NCBI GenBank assembly: GCA_022820805.1
Contig: JAJEEV010000043.1
Span: 11,363 to 75,362, forward strand
Reading direction: 5' to 3'
Source: Acidimicrobiia bacterium
Lineage (GTDB): Bacteria; Actinomycetota; Acidimicrobiia; Acidimicrobiales; Aldehydirespiratoraceae
Length of the DNA stretch: 64,000 bases
How positions within the stretch are numbered: the first letter of the stretch is position 1; every line of letters starts with the position of its first letter. Both the position numbers and the translations under genes were made by a program. Shown here piece by piece: positions 8,061 to 18,012 of this stretch. A model generated the notes under the pieces. That model searched no databases. It had not been told where the DNA came from and was given only the letters and a program-made list of their open reading frames with translations.

Positions 8061-8804
8061 ATGGACCGCACTTTCGCCGCGGCGACTCTGCAGAGTCTGG
8101 ACCTACGAGCCGACACCCGGTTGCTGGCGGTCTGCGCCGGCACCGACGACTGGGAGCTTCTGACCGGGCTGGGCTTCACCGATGTGGTGGTGTCCAACCT
8201 CGACGAGTCGTTCTCGCCGATGGTGCCCGAGGCGGTCTGGTCCCACCAGGACGCCCAGTCGCTGACCTTCGAGGATCGCTCCTTCGACTGGGTGTTCGTG
8301 TCCGAGGGCCTTCACCACTGCCGCTCGCCCCACCGGGCGCTCCTGGAGATGTACCGCGTCTGCCGGGTGGGGCTGGTGGCGATCGAGGCCCGGGACAGCG
8401 CGCTGGTGCGGCTGGCCGTCCGGCTCGGCATGGCCGACTCCTTCGAGCTGGCCGCGGTCGTGGACCAGGGCGGCCGGTCCGGCGGGCTGGACAACACCAG
8501 CGTTCCCAACCATGTGTATCGCTGGACCGAGGCTGAGGTGATCAAGACCCTGCGGTCCTACGACCCGACCGGCGAGGTCCGCGTCGAGTTCCGCCACGGG
8601 CTCCGCCTGCCCACCGCAGACGCCACCGGAGCCCGGCGGCGGTGGGCGGGACGCCTCGCCCGGCCCGCGCTGGCGGCGTTGTGTGCGATCTCCCGACGCC
8701 AGGGCAACCAGCTGGCCATCATCGCCCGGCGCCCCACGGAGCTGTACCCGTGGTTGCGACCCGCCGATGGCGGGGTCGAGTTCAATCCCCGATACCGAGC
8801 GTGA
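8061..8804 (+). CDS. class I SAM-dependent methyltransferase
   Basis: Within ORF 7926..8804. It carries a Methyltransf_11-like region (LLAVCAGTDD..., FDWVFVSEGLHH). ATG 8061 has GGAG 6 nt upstream; ATG 8043 is the alternative. Divergent from wzm. Confidence 0.65.
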   Translation: MDRTFAAATLQSLDLRADTRLLAVCAGTDDWELLTGLGFTDVVVSNLDESFSPMVPEAVWSHQDAQSLTFEDRSFDWVFVSEGLHHCRSPHRALLEMYRVCRVGLVAIEARDSALVRLAVRLGMADSFELAAVVDQGGRSGGLDNTSVPNHVYRWTEAEVIKTLRSYDPTGEVRVEFRHGLRLPTADATGARRRWAGRLARPALAALCAISRRQGNQLAIIARRPTELYPWLRPADGGVEFNPRYRA

Positions 8805-8825
8805 CCGGGGCCCCGATCGGAAGCC

Positions 8826-9782
8826 CTAGCCTGGCGATCCGTCCTCGGGGGTGATCTCGGTGACGTCGGCGCCCTGGTGTAGCCTCCGGGGCTTCGACAC
8901 CCGTACCACCAAGTCGGCCAGCAAGCCGATCACCAGCGTCTGGATGGCCGCGAAGCCCAGCAGCAGCGTGTTGGTGGCCACCCGCAGGTCCTTGGCCGCC
9001 AAGTCGTAGCCGAGCTTGGCCGCGAAGGCCGCGACCAGCACCGCAGCCAGGGGCATGAACACTCGCAGCGGATCGTGCGAGAGCATCATCCGTATGACCT
9101 GGAGCACGTACCGCCGGGTGTCGGCCCACCAGCGGAACTTCGAGCGACCCGAACGGGGCCGGTACTCGATGGGCGTGTAGCGGACGCTGTAGCCGTTCAT
9201 CAGGTACGACATCGTGATGGTGGTGACGCACGAGAAGCCGTCGGGGAGCTCGCCGAGGAACTGCTCGGCGACGTCGCGGCGCATGGCCCGGAAGCCCGAG
9301 TTGAGGTCGGGGATCCGGGTCCGGGTCAGGTACGAGGCCAGGCAGCGGATGGCCCACTTGGCCGGAACCCTCAGCGCCTTGACGGTGCCCTGCTCGGAGG
9401 TCCGGGCTCCCACCAGTTGGTCGGCGTCGCCCAGGTCGGCCACCAACTCGGGTATCTCATGGTTGGGGTAGGTCATGTCGGCGTCGGTCCACACCACCAC
9501 CCGTCCACGCGCCGCCCGGGTGCCGATCCGCCGGGACGAGCCCGAGCCGCGGTTGCGGGCCGAGCGCAGCAGGCGCACCCCGTCCCGGCCGAGGGCCAGC
9601 TCGGCGGAGCCGTCGGTGGATCCGTCGTCGACGACCACGATCTCCCACGAGTACTCCGAGGCCTCCAGCGCCGCGGCGATGCGGTCGAGTTCCGCAGCGA
9701 GATGGGCCGACTCGTTGTAGACCGGCAGCACGACGCTCACGTCGAGATCGGGCCTCTCGAGACCAGGTTGCCCTGCGGTCAC
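8826..9782 (-). CDS. polyprenol-phosphate glycosyltransferase (GT2, GtrB/ArnC/Ppm-like, with two C-terminal TM helices)
   Basis: ORF 8826..9782. Key residues: VSVVLPVYNE, VVVDDGSTDGS, TDADMTYP. The C-terminal hydrophobic pair is typical of lipid-phosphate sugar synthases. Confidence 0.8.
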   Translation of the reverse strand: MTAGQPGLERPDLDVSVVLPVYNESAHLAAELDRIAAALEASEYSWEIVVVDDGSTDGSAELALGRDGVRLLRSARNRGSGSSRRIGTRAARGRVVVWTDADMTYPNHEIPELVADLGDADQLVGARTSEQGTVKALRVPAKWAIRCLASYLTRTRIPDLNSGFRAMRRDVAEQFLGELPDGFSCVTTITMSYLMNGYSVRYTPIEYRPRSGRSKFRWWADTRRYVLQVIRMMLSHDPLRVFMPLAAVLVAAFAAKLGYDLAAKDLRVATNTLLLGFAAIQTLVIGLLADLVVRVSKPRRLHQGADVTEITPEDGSPG

Positions 9783-9819
9783 AGAGTCGATCCTACGCAG
9801 CGGCCGATCGCGCCATTGT

Positions 9820-10914
9820 TCACGGCACGTACACGCCGTGGAAGGCGAGGGTTGTGAGGCACACCATGCCGGCGCCCGCAGCGCCGACGATCCAGCGGTC
9901 CAGCCACCGGTGGCGGCTCACCATCGCCGCCGCGACCACCAGCGGGAACGCGCTCAGGGCGTAGCGTTCCAGGCTGTTGAGGTTCTCTGCCGCCAGCAGC
10001 AGCCCGAGGCTGACCGCCGCGTAGAGGGCCATGGGACGGCTGAGCCTCCGCACGGCGACCACGGCCAGCGCGACCAGCGCCACCGCGGCCAGGAAGTGCA
10101 GCAACTCGCCGGTGTCACCGTGCGCTCCCCGCCACGCTCCCCGAACGAGCCTGCTCACGGGGTCCACGAAGTCGCCCCGCAACTCCCGCTGCTGATCGAG
10201 CGGGGCGCCGCCGTCGCCGAGCGCACCCTGTGACCAGCCGATGAACGTGGCCGCCCCGGCCAGCGGGGCCACGGTGGCGGCCAGCGCGCCCGCCCGGCGC
10301 CCCGGTCGCTGCGACCACTCCGGCCACGCCATGAACGCGACCGGCAGCTCCAGCAGCGCGCCCACCGGCCGGGTGAGCCCGGCGAGGTATCCGACCGCGG
10401 CGGCGACCCACCAGCGCCGGCGGCGGGCCAGCAGGAACACCGGCAGGGCCAGGGTCAGGTACAGCGCCTCGGTGTAGGCCAGCACCAGCACGAAGGAGGG
10501 CGGGGCCAGCGCCAGCAGCCTCACCGCCCGCCGGGCAAGGCGCCCGTCGCCGGTCTCGTCGACCACCAACCGGTGCAGCAGAACCCCGGCTGCCAGCGCG
10601 GCCGCGTTGGCCAGTATCACCAGGGCGACTCCCGCGTCGATGCCCGGGATCCAGGCCGCGGCCCGTCCCAGGAGGGGCCACAGCGGGAAGAAGCGCAGCG
10701 CCGGATCGGCCGCGTCGGCGTAGCCGCTGATCGCGATGGCCTCGTACCAGCGGCCGTCCCAAGCCAGGAGGCCGTCCGAGACCGGGGTGAACGCAGGCGG
10801 CGGCTCGAGGCGGTTCACCACCGCGGTGGAGATGATGTAGGCGGCCGCCACGTAGAGCCGGGCCTCGGCCCAGGCCGCCAGCGCGACCCGCACAGACGGG
10901 CTCGACAGCCTCAC
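9820..10914 (-). CDS. polytopic membrane protein, PIG-V-like mannosyltransferase family (GT-C fold candidate)
   Basis: C-terminal 364 aa of ORF 9820..11025. It has the WDGRWYEAIAISGY motif and many TM segments. GTG 10914 overlaps the upstream stop (GTGA). Confidence 0.6.
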   Translation of the reverse strand: MRLSSPSVRVALAAWAEARLYVAAAYIISTAVVNRLEPPPAFTPVSDGLLAWDGRWYEAIAISGYADAADPALRFFPLWPLLGRAAAWIPGIDAGVALVILANAAALAAGVLLHRLVVDETGDGRLARRAVRLLALAPPSFVLVLAYTEALYLTLALPVFLLARRRRWWVAAAVGYLAGLTRPVGALLELPVAFMAWPEWSQRPGRRAGALAATVAPLAGAATFIGWSQGALGDGGAPLDQQRELRGDFVDPVSRLVRGAWRGAHGDTGELLHFLAAVALVALAVVAVRRLSRPMALYAAVSLGLLLAAENLNSLERYALSAFPLVVAAAMVSRHRWLDRWIVGAAGAGMVCLTTLAFHGVYVP

Positions 10915-12419
10915 GATCCCGCCGCCGGGTGGCGTATCAGCGCCATGTGCTCGTAGGTCGTCCGGGCTCCCACGACCGTCTCGGCCGCCCGGCTGTGGCG
11001 CAGCTTGGCGGCCAGGCTGCCGCACTCGGACTCGAAGCCCCGGTAGCCGGCCGCGGTGACGAACCAGACCGCTCCGTCCGGCCCGGCGCGATCGAGGGCC
11101 TCGGCCGCGGTGTCGCCGGGCGAGGCCGCCGCGATCCGTTCGGAGTAGTCGTACCAGTCGACGAAACGCGGATCGGCGGTCGGCGGATGGGTCAGCACCG
11201 TCAATCGTGTGTCCAGGTATCGCAGCACCGCCGGGGCCAACTGGTCGGGGCAGGTGACGACGATGTCGCCGTCGCGGGCCCGGGCGTCAATCGCGTCAGC
11301 GACCTGCTCGCCCTGGGACCGGTCCCGCCGAGCCTCGTCGACGTTGACGAGCACCCCGAACACCGCCAGCGCGGCCAGCGCCGCTGGGGCCAGCCACCGG
11401 GGGAGTCCGGCCAGCCCGCGCCCGGCCAGGGCCAGCACCAGCGGTACGACCACCGCGGTGTAGCGGGCCTCGAACGCGCTGCCCGCAACCATGGCCACCA
11501 GCCCGCCGCCTGCGAGCGTCGTCGCGGCCACCGCCACCAGCGGAGCGCCCCGGTGGCGGCCCGGCCAACCCAGCTCGACCCCGCCGGCAACGGTGCCGAC
11601 GAGCGTGGCCCCCAGCACCGCGGCACCGGCCAGCACCACCCCCAGCAGCACGGGCTCGAAGCGGCTGCCGCCGCCCATTGCCTCGATCGACTCCACCGCC
11701 ACCTCGGCGGGTCGGGCCCATTTCGCCCAGGGGGTCCCTGTGTGCGCCGCCTGCTCGACCAGGACCGGCAGCCAGGGCACGAACCCGATCCACCCGCACG
11801 CGTAGGCGGCCAGCACCGGGCTCAGCTCCTCCCTGGCCGCCGGGGCCCGCAACCATCGAACGGCCAGGACCGCGGACGCGGCCGCGGCCAGCCAGATCAT
11901 CCAGTAGTGGGTGTGCAGTCCGGCCGCGACCACCAGTGCCAGAGCAACCAGCCGGACCGGGCTCCGCCGCTGCAGGGCCGTCTCGGTGCACAGCCAGCCC
12001 GCGGCGGCCAGCAGCACCACCAGGGCATACATGCGGGCCTCGCTGCCGTAGCGGACCAGGAAGGGCGACGTCAGGGCGAGCACGACCGCGTAGCGGGCCG
12101 CCTCGTCGCCCAGCCTGCGCCGGGCGGCGGCCCAGATCACCGCGGCCGCGGCCAGCGAGAAGATCCCCGACAGCGCGCGGGCCGCCGCATCGGAGTCGCC
12201 GAAGGCCTCGAGCCAGACGCCGAGCACCGCGTAGTACAGGAGGGGATGGCCGTCGTGGCGCAGCGCCTCCACCGCGTCGCTGATCGTCAGCGAGGCGATG
12301 TTCACCGAGAGGGCCTCGTCGAGCCACATCGGTGACGGCGCTATGAACCTCAGCGCCGTCCCGGCCACGGCCGCCGCCACCGCGACTACCCACAGCCCCG
12401 TGTTCGCTCGGCCTCTCAC
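10911..12419 (-). CDS. GT-C fold glycosyltransferase (ArnT/PMT-like, families 39/83)
   Basis: C-terminal 502 aa of ORF 10911..12716. It has a first-loop acidic motif MWLDEALS, about 10 TM segments and a soluble C-terminal domain. GTG 12419 overlaps the accA stop (GTGA). Confidence 0.65.
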   Translation of the reverse strand: MRGRANTGLWVVAVAAAVAGTALRFIAPSPMWLDEALSVNIASLTISDAVEALRHDGHPLLYYAVLGVWLEAFGDSDAAARALSGIFSLAAAAVIWAAARRRLGDEAARYAVVLALTSPFLVRYGSEARMYALVVLLAAAGWLCTETALQRRSPVRLVALALVVAAGLHTHYWMIWLAAAASAVLAVRWLRAPAAREELSPVLAAYACGWIGFVPWLPVLVEQAAHTGTPWAKWARPAEVAVESIEAMGGGSRFEPVLLGVVLAGAAVLGATLVGTVAGGVELGWPGRHRGAPLVAVAATTLAGGGLVAMVAGSAFEARYTAVVVPLVLALAGRGLAGLPRWLAPAALAALAVFGVLVNVDEARRDRSQGEQVADAIDARARDGDIVVTCPDQLAPAVLRYLDTRLTVLTHPPTADPRFVDWYDYSERIAAASPGDTAAEALDRAGPDGAVWFVTAAGYRGFESECGSLAAKLRHSRAAETVVGARTTYEHMALIRHPAAGS

Positions 12420-14173
12420 TCGATCACTGCGATGGTGTCTCCGCCTCCCACCGAGTCCCCGACCTGCACGCGGATCTCGGTGACGGTCCCGGAGCGGCCG
12501 GCCGCGATGTTGTTCTCCATCTTCATCGCTTCGAGAACGGCCACCGGCTCGCCTGTCTCCACCTCGTCTCCCACCTGCACCAGGAGCTTCACGATCGTGC
12601 CCTGCATGGGGACGGTCACCTCCGCCGCGCCGGTGCCCACACCCGACGGTCCCCGGGCCCGGCGTCGTGCTGCGCCCGGACGGTTGCCGTCGCCGTCGGC
12701 GGGATCCGGGGCCCACAGGGCCACCTTGAAGAGCTTGCCCTCGACCTCCACATCGACGGTGTGGCGCACGCCGGACCCCCGGCCGTCGGCGGGAGCGTCA
12801 CCGGCGCCGGGGGACTGCCCCCCGACGGTCGACAGGTCGAGCTGTTCCTCCACCCACCGCGTCGAGTGGGTCACGGCCGCAAAGTCCCGATGGGCGAGGA
12901 CGGCCTGAGCGGCGCCGATGGTGGTGGCCACCCCCTCGACCTGCATCTCCGACAGGGCTCGCAGGCCCCGAGCGATGGCGGTGTCGCGATCGCGGCCCCA
13001 GACGACGAGCTTGCCGATGAGGTTGTCGTAGTAGGGGCTGACCGTGTCCCCGGCCTCGTAGCCGCCGTCCCAGCGGATGCCGAGGCCCTGGGCGGGGCGC
13101 AGTCCCGTGATCGGCCCGGGGCATGGGAGGAAGGCGCCCCCGGCGGGATCCTCGGCGTTGACCCGCACCTCTATGGAGCAGCCGGAAGTCGTGATGTCGG
13201 ACTGGGAGAAGCCGATCCGCTCGCCGACCGCGATCCGGAGCTGCTGCTCCACGAGGTCGATTCCGGTCACCAACTCGGTGACGGGATGCTCCACCTGCAG
13301 CCTCGTGTTCATCTCCAGGTAGTAGAACTCGCCGTCGGCGTAGAGGAACTCGACGGTGCCGGCGTTGATGTACCCGCAGCCGCGTGCCACCGCCACCGCG
13401 GCATCGCCCATGGCCGACAGCACCTCGGGATCAATGCTCGGCGCGGGAGCCTCCTCCACCAGCTTCTGGTGCCGGCGCTGGGCGGAGCAGTCCCGCGTCC
13501 CGAGGTGCACGCAGTTGCCGTGGGCGTCGGCCAGGACCTGCACCTCGACGTGGCGGGCTCGATCGAAGTAGCGCTCCATGTAGAGCTCGTCGCGACCGAA
13601 GTAGGCGAGCGCCTCGCGCTGGGCCGACTCCACCGCGGCGGCCGCCTCCGCGGCGGCCGCCACCACCTTCATGCCCCGGCCGCCCCCGCCGTAGGCGGCC
13701 TTGACGGCCACCGGCCAGCCGTGGGCATCGCCGAAGGCCTCGACCTGGGACGGGTCGACCACGGGCTCGGTGGTGCCCGGGACGGGATCCACCCCGGCCT
13801 GGACAGCCGCGCCGCGGGCCGAGATCTTGTCTCCCATGACCTCGATCGCCGCGGGGGGCGGACCGATGAAGGCGACGCCCCGCGAGGTCACGGCCCGTGC
13901 GAAGTCGGCGTTCTCGCTGAAGAACCCGTAGCCGGGATGCACCGCGTCGGCGCCGCTGCGCTTTACGGCGTCGACGATGGCCTCGGTCCGCAGATAGCTC
14001 TCGGCCGCGGTCGAGCCCCCCAGAGCGAAGGCCTCGTCCGCGAGCCGAACATGCATGGCGTCGCGGTCCTCGTCGGAGTAGACGGCGGCCACGGCGACCC
14101 CCATCTCGCGGCAGGCTCTGATCACCCTGACCGCAATCTCGCCCCGGTTGGCCACCAGCACCTTTGAGAACAC
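12416..14173 (-). CDS. accA: acyl-CoA carboxylase alpha subunit (biotin carboxylase + biotin carboxyl carrier domain)
   Basis: ORF 12416..14341. FSKVLVANRGEIAVRVIRA, the ATP-grasp core and the C-terminal biotinylation motif EAMKMEN are present. Start set at GTG 14173 (VFSKVLVANRGE). Confidence 0.92.
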   Translation of the reverse strand: MFSKVLVANRGEIAVRVIRACREMGVAVAAVYSDEDRDAMHVRLADEAFALGGSTAAESYLRTEAIVDAVKRSGADAVHPGYGFFSENADFARAVTSRGVAFIGPPPAAIEVMGDKISARGAAVQAGVDPVPGTTEPVVDPSQVEAFGDAHGWPVAVKAAYGGGGRGMKVVAAAAEAAAAVESAQREALAYFGRDELYMERYFDRARHVEVQVLADAHGNCVHLGTRDCSAQRRHQKLVEEAPAPSIDPEVLSAMGDAAVAVARGCGYINAGTVEFLYADGEFYYLEMNTRLQVEHPVTELVTGIDLVEQQLRIAVGERIGFSQSDITTSGCSIEVRVNAEDPAGGAFLPCPGPITGLRPAQGLGIRWDGGYEAGDTVSPYYDNLIGKLVVWGRDRDTAIARGLRALSEMQVEGVATTIGAAQAVLAHRDFAAVTHSTRWVEEQLDLSTVGGQSPGAGDAPADGRGSGVRHTVDVEVEGKLFKVALWAPDPADGDGNRPGAARRRARGPSGVGTGAAEVTVPMQGTIVKLLVQVGDEVETGEPVAVLEAMKMENNIAAGRSGTVTEIRVQVGDSVGGGDTIAVIE

Positions 14174-14213
14174 GAGGTCATTGGATAGCCGATCGCGGCC
14201 CGGATCGCACAGA

Positions 14214-15026
14214 ATGCTCGATGTGGCGTCCCAGACAGCACCGGCTCCCGACGCGGCCGAGCGGCTCCCGCTCAGCTCCGCGGCGGCCCGGCGGGCGGGT
14301 CTGGGACCGTTGCTGCACACGGTCTCGACCGGCTCCACCAACGACGATCTGGCCCTCGCGGCCCGTCGCGGCGACAGGACGCCGGCGGTGCTCGTGGCCG
14401 ATCACCAGACGGCGGGAAGGGGACGTCTGGGACGGCACTGGATCGATGCCGCCGGCGGCGGTTCGGTGGACGCTTCGCTGCTGGTGAGCTTCCGGCTGCC
14501 GGCCGCGGTGTCCGAGGCCTTCGACCGCGCTGCCGCGGTGTCAGCCTCGGCGCTGGTCGCCGCGTCCGGGGCCCTGGCCGGTTCTGGGGCCCAGGTTCGG
14601 GCCAAGTGGCCCAACGACCTGCTCCTCGAGGCGCCCGGCGTCTCCGGCAAGCTGGCCGGCGTGCTCTCGGAGATCGTCGAGGGCGACCCGCCGGTGGTGG
14701 TGGTGGGCCTCGGCCTGAACCTTGCCGCTGCGCCCACCGAGCCCGGTGCGGTCTCGTTGGCCCAGGCCGGCGGCCGGGCCTCCCGCGACCGGCTGCTGGA
14801 GTCGTTGCTCGACGCGCTCGCCGGCTATCTCCCCGATCCCGCCCGAGCCCGGGCGGAGCTCGCGGCCGCGTCGGCGACCATCGGGCGCCCGGTCCGGGTC
14901 GAACTCTCCGACGGCACCTCGGTGGAGGGGGTCGCCCGGCAGATAGACGCCTCGGGGCGCCTGGTGGTGGCGTCTGGGGGCCGGGACGTGCGGATCGAGG
15001 CCGGCGACGTGTTCCACCTGCGCTGA
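14214..15026 (+). CDS. birA: biotin--[acetyl-CoA-carboxylase] ligase
   Basis: Within ORF 14148..15026. It has the GRGRLGRHW and KWPNDLL motifs. Divergent from accA. Confidence 0.85.
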   Translation: MLDVASQTAPAPDAAERLPLSSAAARRAGLGPLLHTVSTGSTNDDLALAARRGDRTPAVLVADHQTAGRGRLGRHWIDAAGGGSVDASLLVSFRLPAAVSEAFDRAAAVSASALVAASGALAGSGAQVRAKWPNDLLLEAPGVSGKLAGVLSEIVEGDPPVVVVGLGLNLAAAPTEPGAVSLAQAGGRASRDRLLESLLDALAGYLPDPARARAELAAASATIGRPVRVELSDGTSVEGVARQIDASGRLVVASGGRDVRIEAGDVFHLR

Positions 15027-15080
15027 GAACCAGCGCTCGCCCTCTGAATCAGCCCTTCGGCGGGAGCCCCGCCGGTACGC

Positions 15081-16676
15081 TTGGCCGCCGTGACCGACGG
15101 ACGAGAGGTGGTGCTGCGGCGCACTTGGCCGCAGCGCCTCGTCGCGGTCGGTTGCCTGGCTGTGATCGTCGCCGCCGTGGCCCTCGCGGACTTCGCCGAG
15201 CACGTCGAGGAGGTCTGGAGAGACATCGACCGGGTCGTCATAATCAACGAGGGCCAGTACGGCCAGGACCCGCTGCTGCGAACCGACACCGAGCCCGGCG
15301 AGCCCGTCAACTTCCTGATCGTCGGGACCGACAGCGCCCTCGGGCTGGATCCCGACGACCCGGTGATGAGGGGCCGGGTCGTCGACCCGACCGGCCGGAG
15401 CCTGGCGGACACGATCATGCTGGTGCGCCTCGATCCGGTGTCCGGGTCGGCTTGGGTGCTGTCGATCCCGCGGGACCTGTGGGCCGTGGTCCCCGGCGCG
15501 CAGGACAACCGCATCACGTCCGCCCTCTACATCGGCGGTGCCGACCTGCTCGTCGCCACGGTGACGTCGATGTTCGACGTGGAGATCAACCACTACGTCG
15601 AGGTCAACCTGGCCGGGTTCCGGGAGGTGGTGGACACGCTCGGGGGCGTCCCGGTGTGGTTCAACAACCCGGTGCGCGACGACCGGCTGTCGTTCAGCAT
15701 CACCGAGCCCGGCTGCCATGTGCTCAACGGCGAGCAGGCCCTGCACTACGTCCGCAGCCGCCGCTACACCGAGTTGATCGACGGCCGCTGGAGGATCACC
15801 GGCGGTGACGACTTCACCCGCATCGAACGCCAGCAGGACTTCCTCGTGCTGGCCCTCGATCGGGCCATCAACCGGGGGGCCCGCAATCCGTCCACCATGG
15901 TCGAGTTGCTCGACTCCGCCTCGGCGAGCCTGACGCTCGACCAGGATCTGACGCTGGCGGAGCTGATCGCCCTGGGCGAGGCCTTCGCCGACTTCAATCC
16001 CGAGAACCTCCAGCGGGAGCGGCTCGAGGTCTACACCGTGTGGTGGCCCGACGGCAGCTACAAGGGTGAGGCCGCCTACAGGGGAGCGAACGCACCGTTG
16101 CTGGAGATCTTCAGGGGCGCGGCCGATTCGGTGAGGCCCTCGGAGGTGTCGGTGACGATCGCCGGCTTCCACGACATCTTCCGGGACGACGCGGCCTCGA
16201 GGCTGGCGGGCGAGGGATTCGATGTCGTGGACTCGGTGCCGTCTCCGGACATCCCCGAGACCGTCGTGCTGCACGGCACCGGCCACCGGTCCGAGGCCCT
16301 CACCGTCGCCCAGTACCTGGAGCCGGTGCCCTACGTCGTCGAGGACGAGCGGGTCGACGGGGTGGTGGCCGTGCTGGGAGCGGACTACGGAGGGATCAAC
16401 TTCGTGTTCCAGGCTCCGATGGCCGAGGTGCGCGCCCGGGTGCAGGCCCGCGGCCTGCCACCGCTGCTGCCCGACCCCGGTTCGGGCTTCGCGCCGGCGT
16501 CCACCGGCGCCGGCGAAGCGCTCGCGCCGGTCGTTCCCGCCGGCGGAGCGACCGCTTCGCTGGCATCAGCAGCAGCCACCGGCAGCCTCGTCGCACTGGC
16601 CGCCCAGTCACCGGACCCCGACTCCGGGCCACCCGTCATCCAGGGCCGACCGCCGGAGGGGGAGTCGTGCAGCTGA
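15081..16676 (+). CDS. LytR-CpsA-Psr (LCP) family glycopolymer ligase with LytR_C domain
   Basis: ORF 15081..16676 (TTG start). It has an N-terminal TM segment, then LIVGTDS...ADTIMLVRLDP...SIPRDL...NHYVEVNLAGF. Confidence 0.88.
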   Translation: MAAVTDGREVVLRRTWPQRLVAVGCLAVIVAAVALADFAEHVEEVWRDIDRVVIINEGQYGQDPLLRTDTEPGEPVNFLIVGTDSALGLDPDDPVMRGRVVDPTGRSLADTIMLVRLDPVSGSAWVLSIPRDLWAVVPGAQDNRITSALYIGGADLLVATVTSMFDVEINHYVEVNLAGFREVVDTLGGVPVWFNNPVRDDRLSFSITEPGCHVLNGEQALHYVRSRRYTELIDGRWRITGGDDFTRIERQQDFLVLALDRAINRGARNPSTMVELLDSASASLTLDQDLTLAELIALGEAFADFNPENLQRERLEVYTVWWPDGSYKGEAAYRGANAPLLEIFRGAADSVRPSEVSVTIAGFHDIFRDDAASRLAGEGFDVVDSVPSPDIPETVVLHGTGHRSEALTVAQYLEPVPYVVEDERVDGVVAVLGADYGGINFVFQAPMAEVRARVQARGLPPLLPDPGSGFAPASTGAGEALAPVVPAGGATASLASAAATGSLVALAAQSPDPDSGPPVIQGRPPEGESCS

Positions 16677-16692
16677 CCCGGACGGGCCGTTG

Positions 16693-18012
16693 ATGCCTGT
16701 CAACGTCGAGCGGTCCCTGCCGGCGGATGTGGCCGTCGTCGGCGCCGGGTACGTGGGTCTGACCACCGCTGCGTGCCTGGCTGAACTCGGTCACCGGGTC
16801 ACCTGCACCGACGTCGACGGAGCCAGGATCGCCGGGCTGAGGCGGGGCGAGGTCCCGATACACGAGCCGGGACTGGCCGGGCTCGTGAAGTCGGGGCTGG
16901 ACGCTGATCGTCTCTCCTTCGTCCTGGGTTCGGCGGAGGCCGCAGCCCGTGCCGACTTCGTTTACCTGTGCGTGCCCACACCGGCGGACCCCCAGGGCGG
17001 CACCGACTTCAGCTACCTGGAGGCGGCCGCCTCCGAGATCGGTCCGAGTCTCAGACCGGGATCGGTGGTGGTCAACAAGTCCACCGCGCCCCCGGGCACC
17101 ACCGCGAGGCTGCAGCGGGCGCTGGGCCGCGTCGATGTGGCGGTGGCCTCCAATCCCGAGTTCCTGCGACAGGGGTCGGCGGTGCGGGACTTCCTCAACC
17201 CCGCCCGGGTCGTGGTCGGTGCCGACGACCCGCCGGTGGCCGAGCGGGTGGCCGGCCTGTTCGCAGGACTCGACGCGCCGGTGCTGATCACCGACTCGGC
17301 CTCGGCGGAGACGACCAAGTACGCGGCCAACGCCTTCCTGGCCATGAAGCTCTCGTTCACCAACTCGGTGGCCGCCCTGTGCGAGGCGGTGGGGGCCGAT
17401 GTGAACGACGTGCTCGCGGGGATGGGCTATGACCCGCGCATCGGCCGCGACTACCTGAGCCCCGGACCGGGCTGGGGAGGATCGTGCCTGCCCAAGGACA
17501 CACGGGCCCTGATCGCGGCGGCCGCCGAGGCCGGCTACGACTACACGCTGCTGCGCAGCGTGGTGGCGGCCAACGATTCCCAGTTCGACAGGATCGTCGA
17601 CAAGGTCGCCGGCCGGGTGCCCCTCGACGGTGCGCGGATCGCTCTGTTCGGCCTGGCCTTCAAGGCCGGGACCGGCGACACCCGCGACTCGCCTGCCCTC
17701 GAGATCGCCCAGCGGCTGCGCGCTGCCGGCGCGGCGGTGCGGGCCTTCGATCCCGCGGTCGCCGCCAGCCCGGCCGCCCAGGCGATCGGTGTCGCCGTGG
17801 TCGACGACGCCTACGCCGCCTGCGACGGTGCCTCCGCGCTGGTGGTGGCCACCGAGTGGGAGGAGTTCAGGCGGCTCGACTTCGACCGGATCGCACAGGC
17901 GATGGCGCAGCGCCACGTGGTGGACGCCCGCAACATGCTGGACCGGGCCGTGCTGGAGCGTCTCGGCTTCACCTACACCGGACTGGGTGTGAGAGGCCGA
18001 GCGGGTAGGTGA
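16693..18012 (+). CDS. ugd: UDP-glucose 6-dehydrogenase
   Basis: C-terminal 439 aa of ORF 16222..18012. Key residues: VAVVGAGYVGL, the catalytic region GWGGSCLPKD, and FKAGTGDTRDSPA. The last 7 codons and the stop lie inside repeat copy B. Confidence 0.9.
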   Translation: MPVNVERSLPADVAVVGAGYVGLTTAACLAELGHRVTCTDVDGARIAGLRRGEVPIHEPGLAGLVKSGLDADRLSFVLGSAEAAARADFVYLCVPTPADPQGGTDFSYLEAAASEIGPSLRPGSVVVNKSTAPPGTTARLQRALGRVDVAVASNPEFLRQGSAVRDFLNPARVVVGADDPPVAERVAGLFAGLDAPVLITDSASAETTKYAANAFLAMKLSFTNSVAALCEAVGADVNDVLAGMGYDPRIGRDYLSPGPGWGGSCLPKDTRALIAAAAEAGYDYTLLRSVVAANDSQFDRIVDKVAGRVPLDGARIALFGLAFKAGTGDTRDSPALEIAQRLRAAGAAVRAFDPAVAASPAAQAIGVAVVDDAYAACDGASALVVATEWEEFRRLDFDRIAQAMAQRHVVDARNMLDRAVLERLGFTYTGLGVRGRAGR

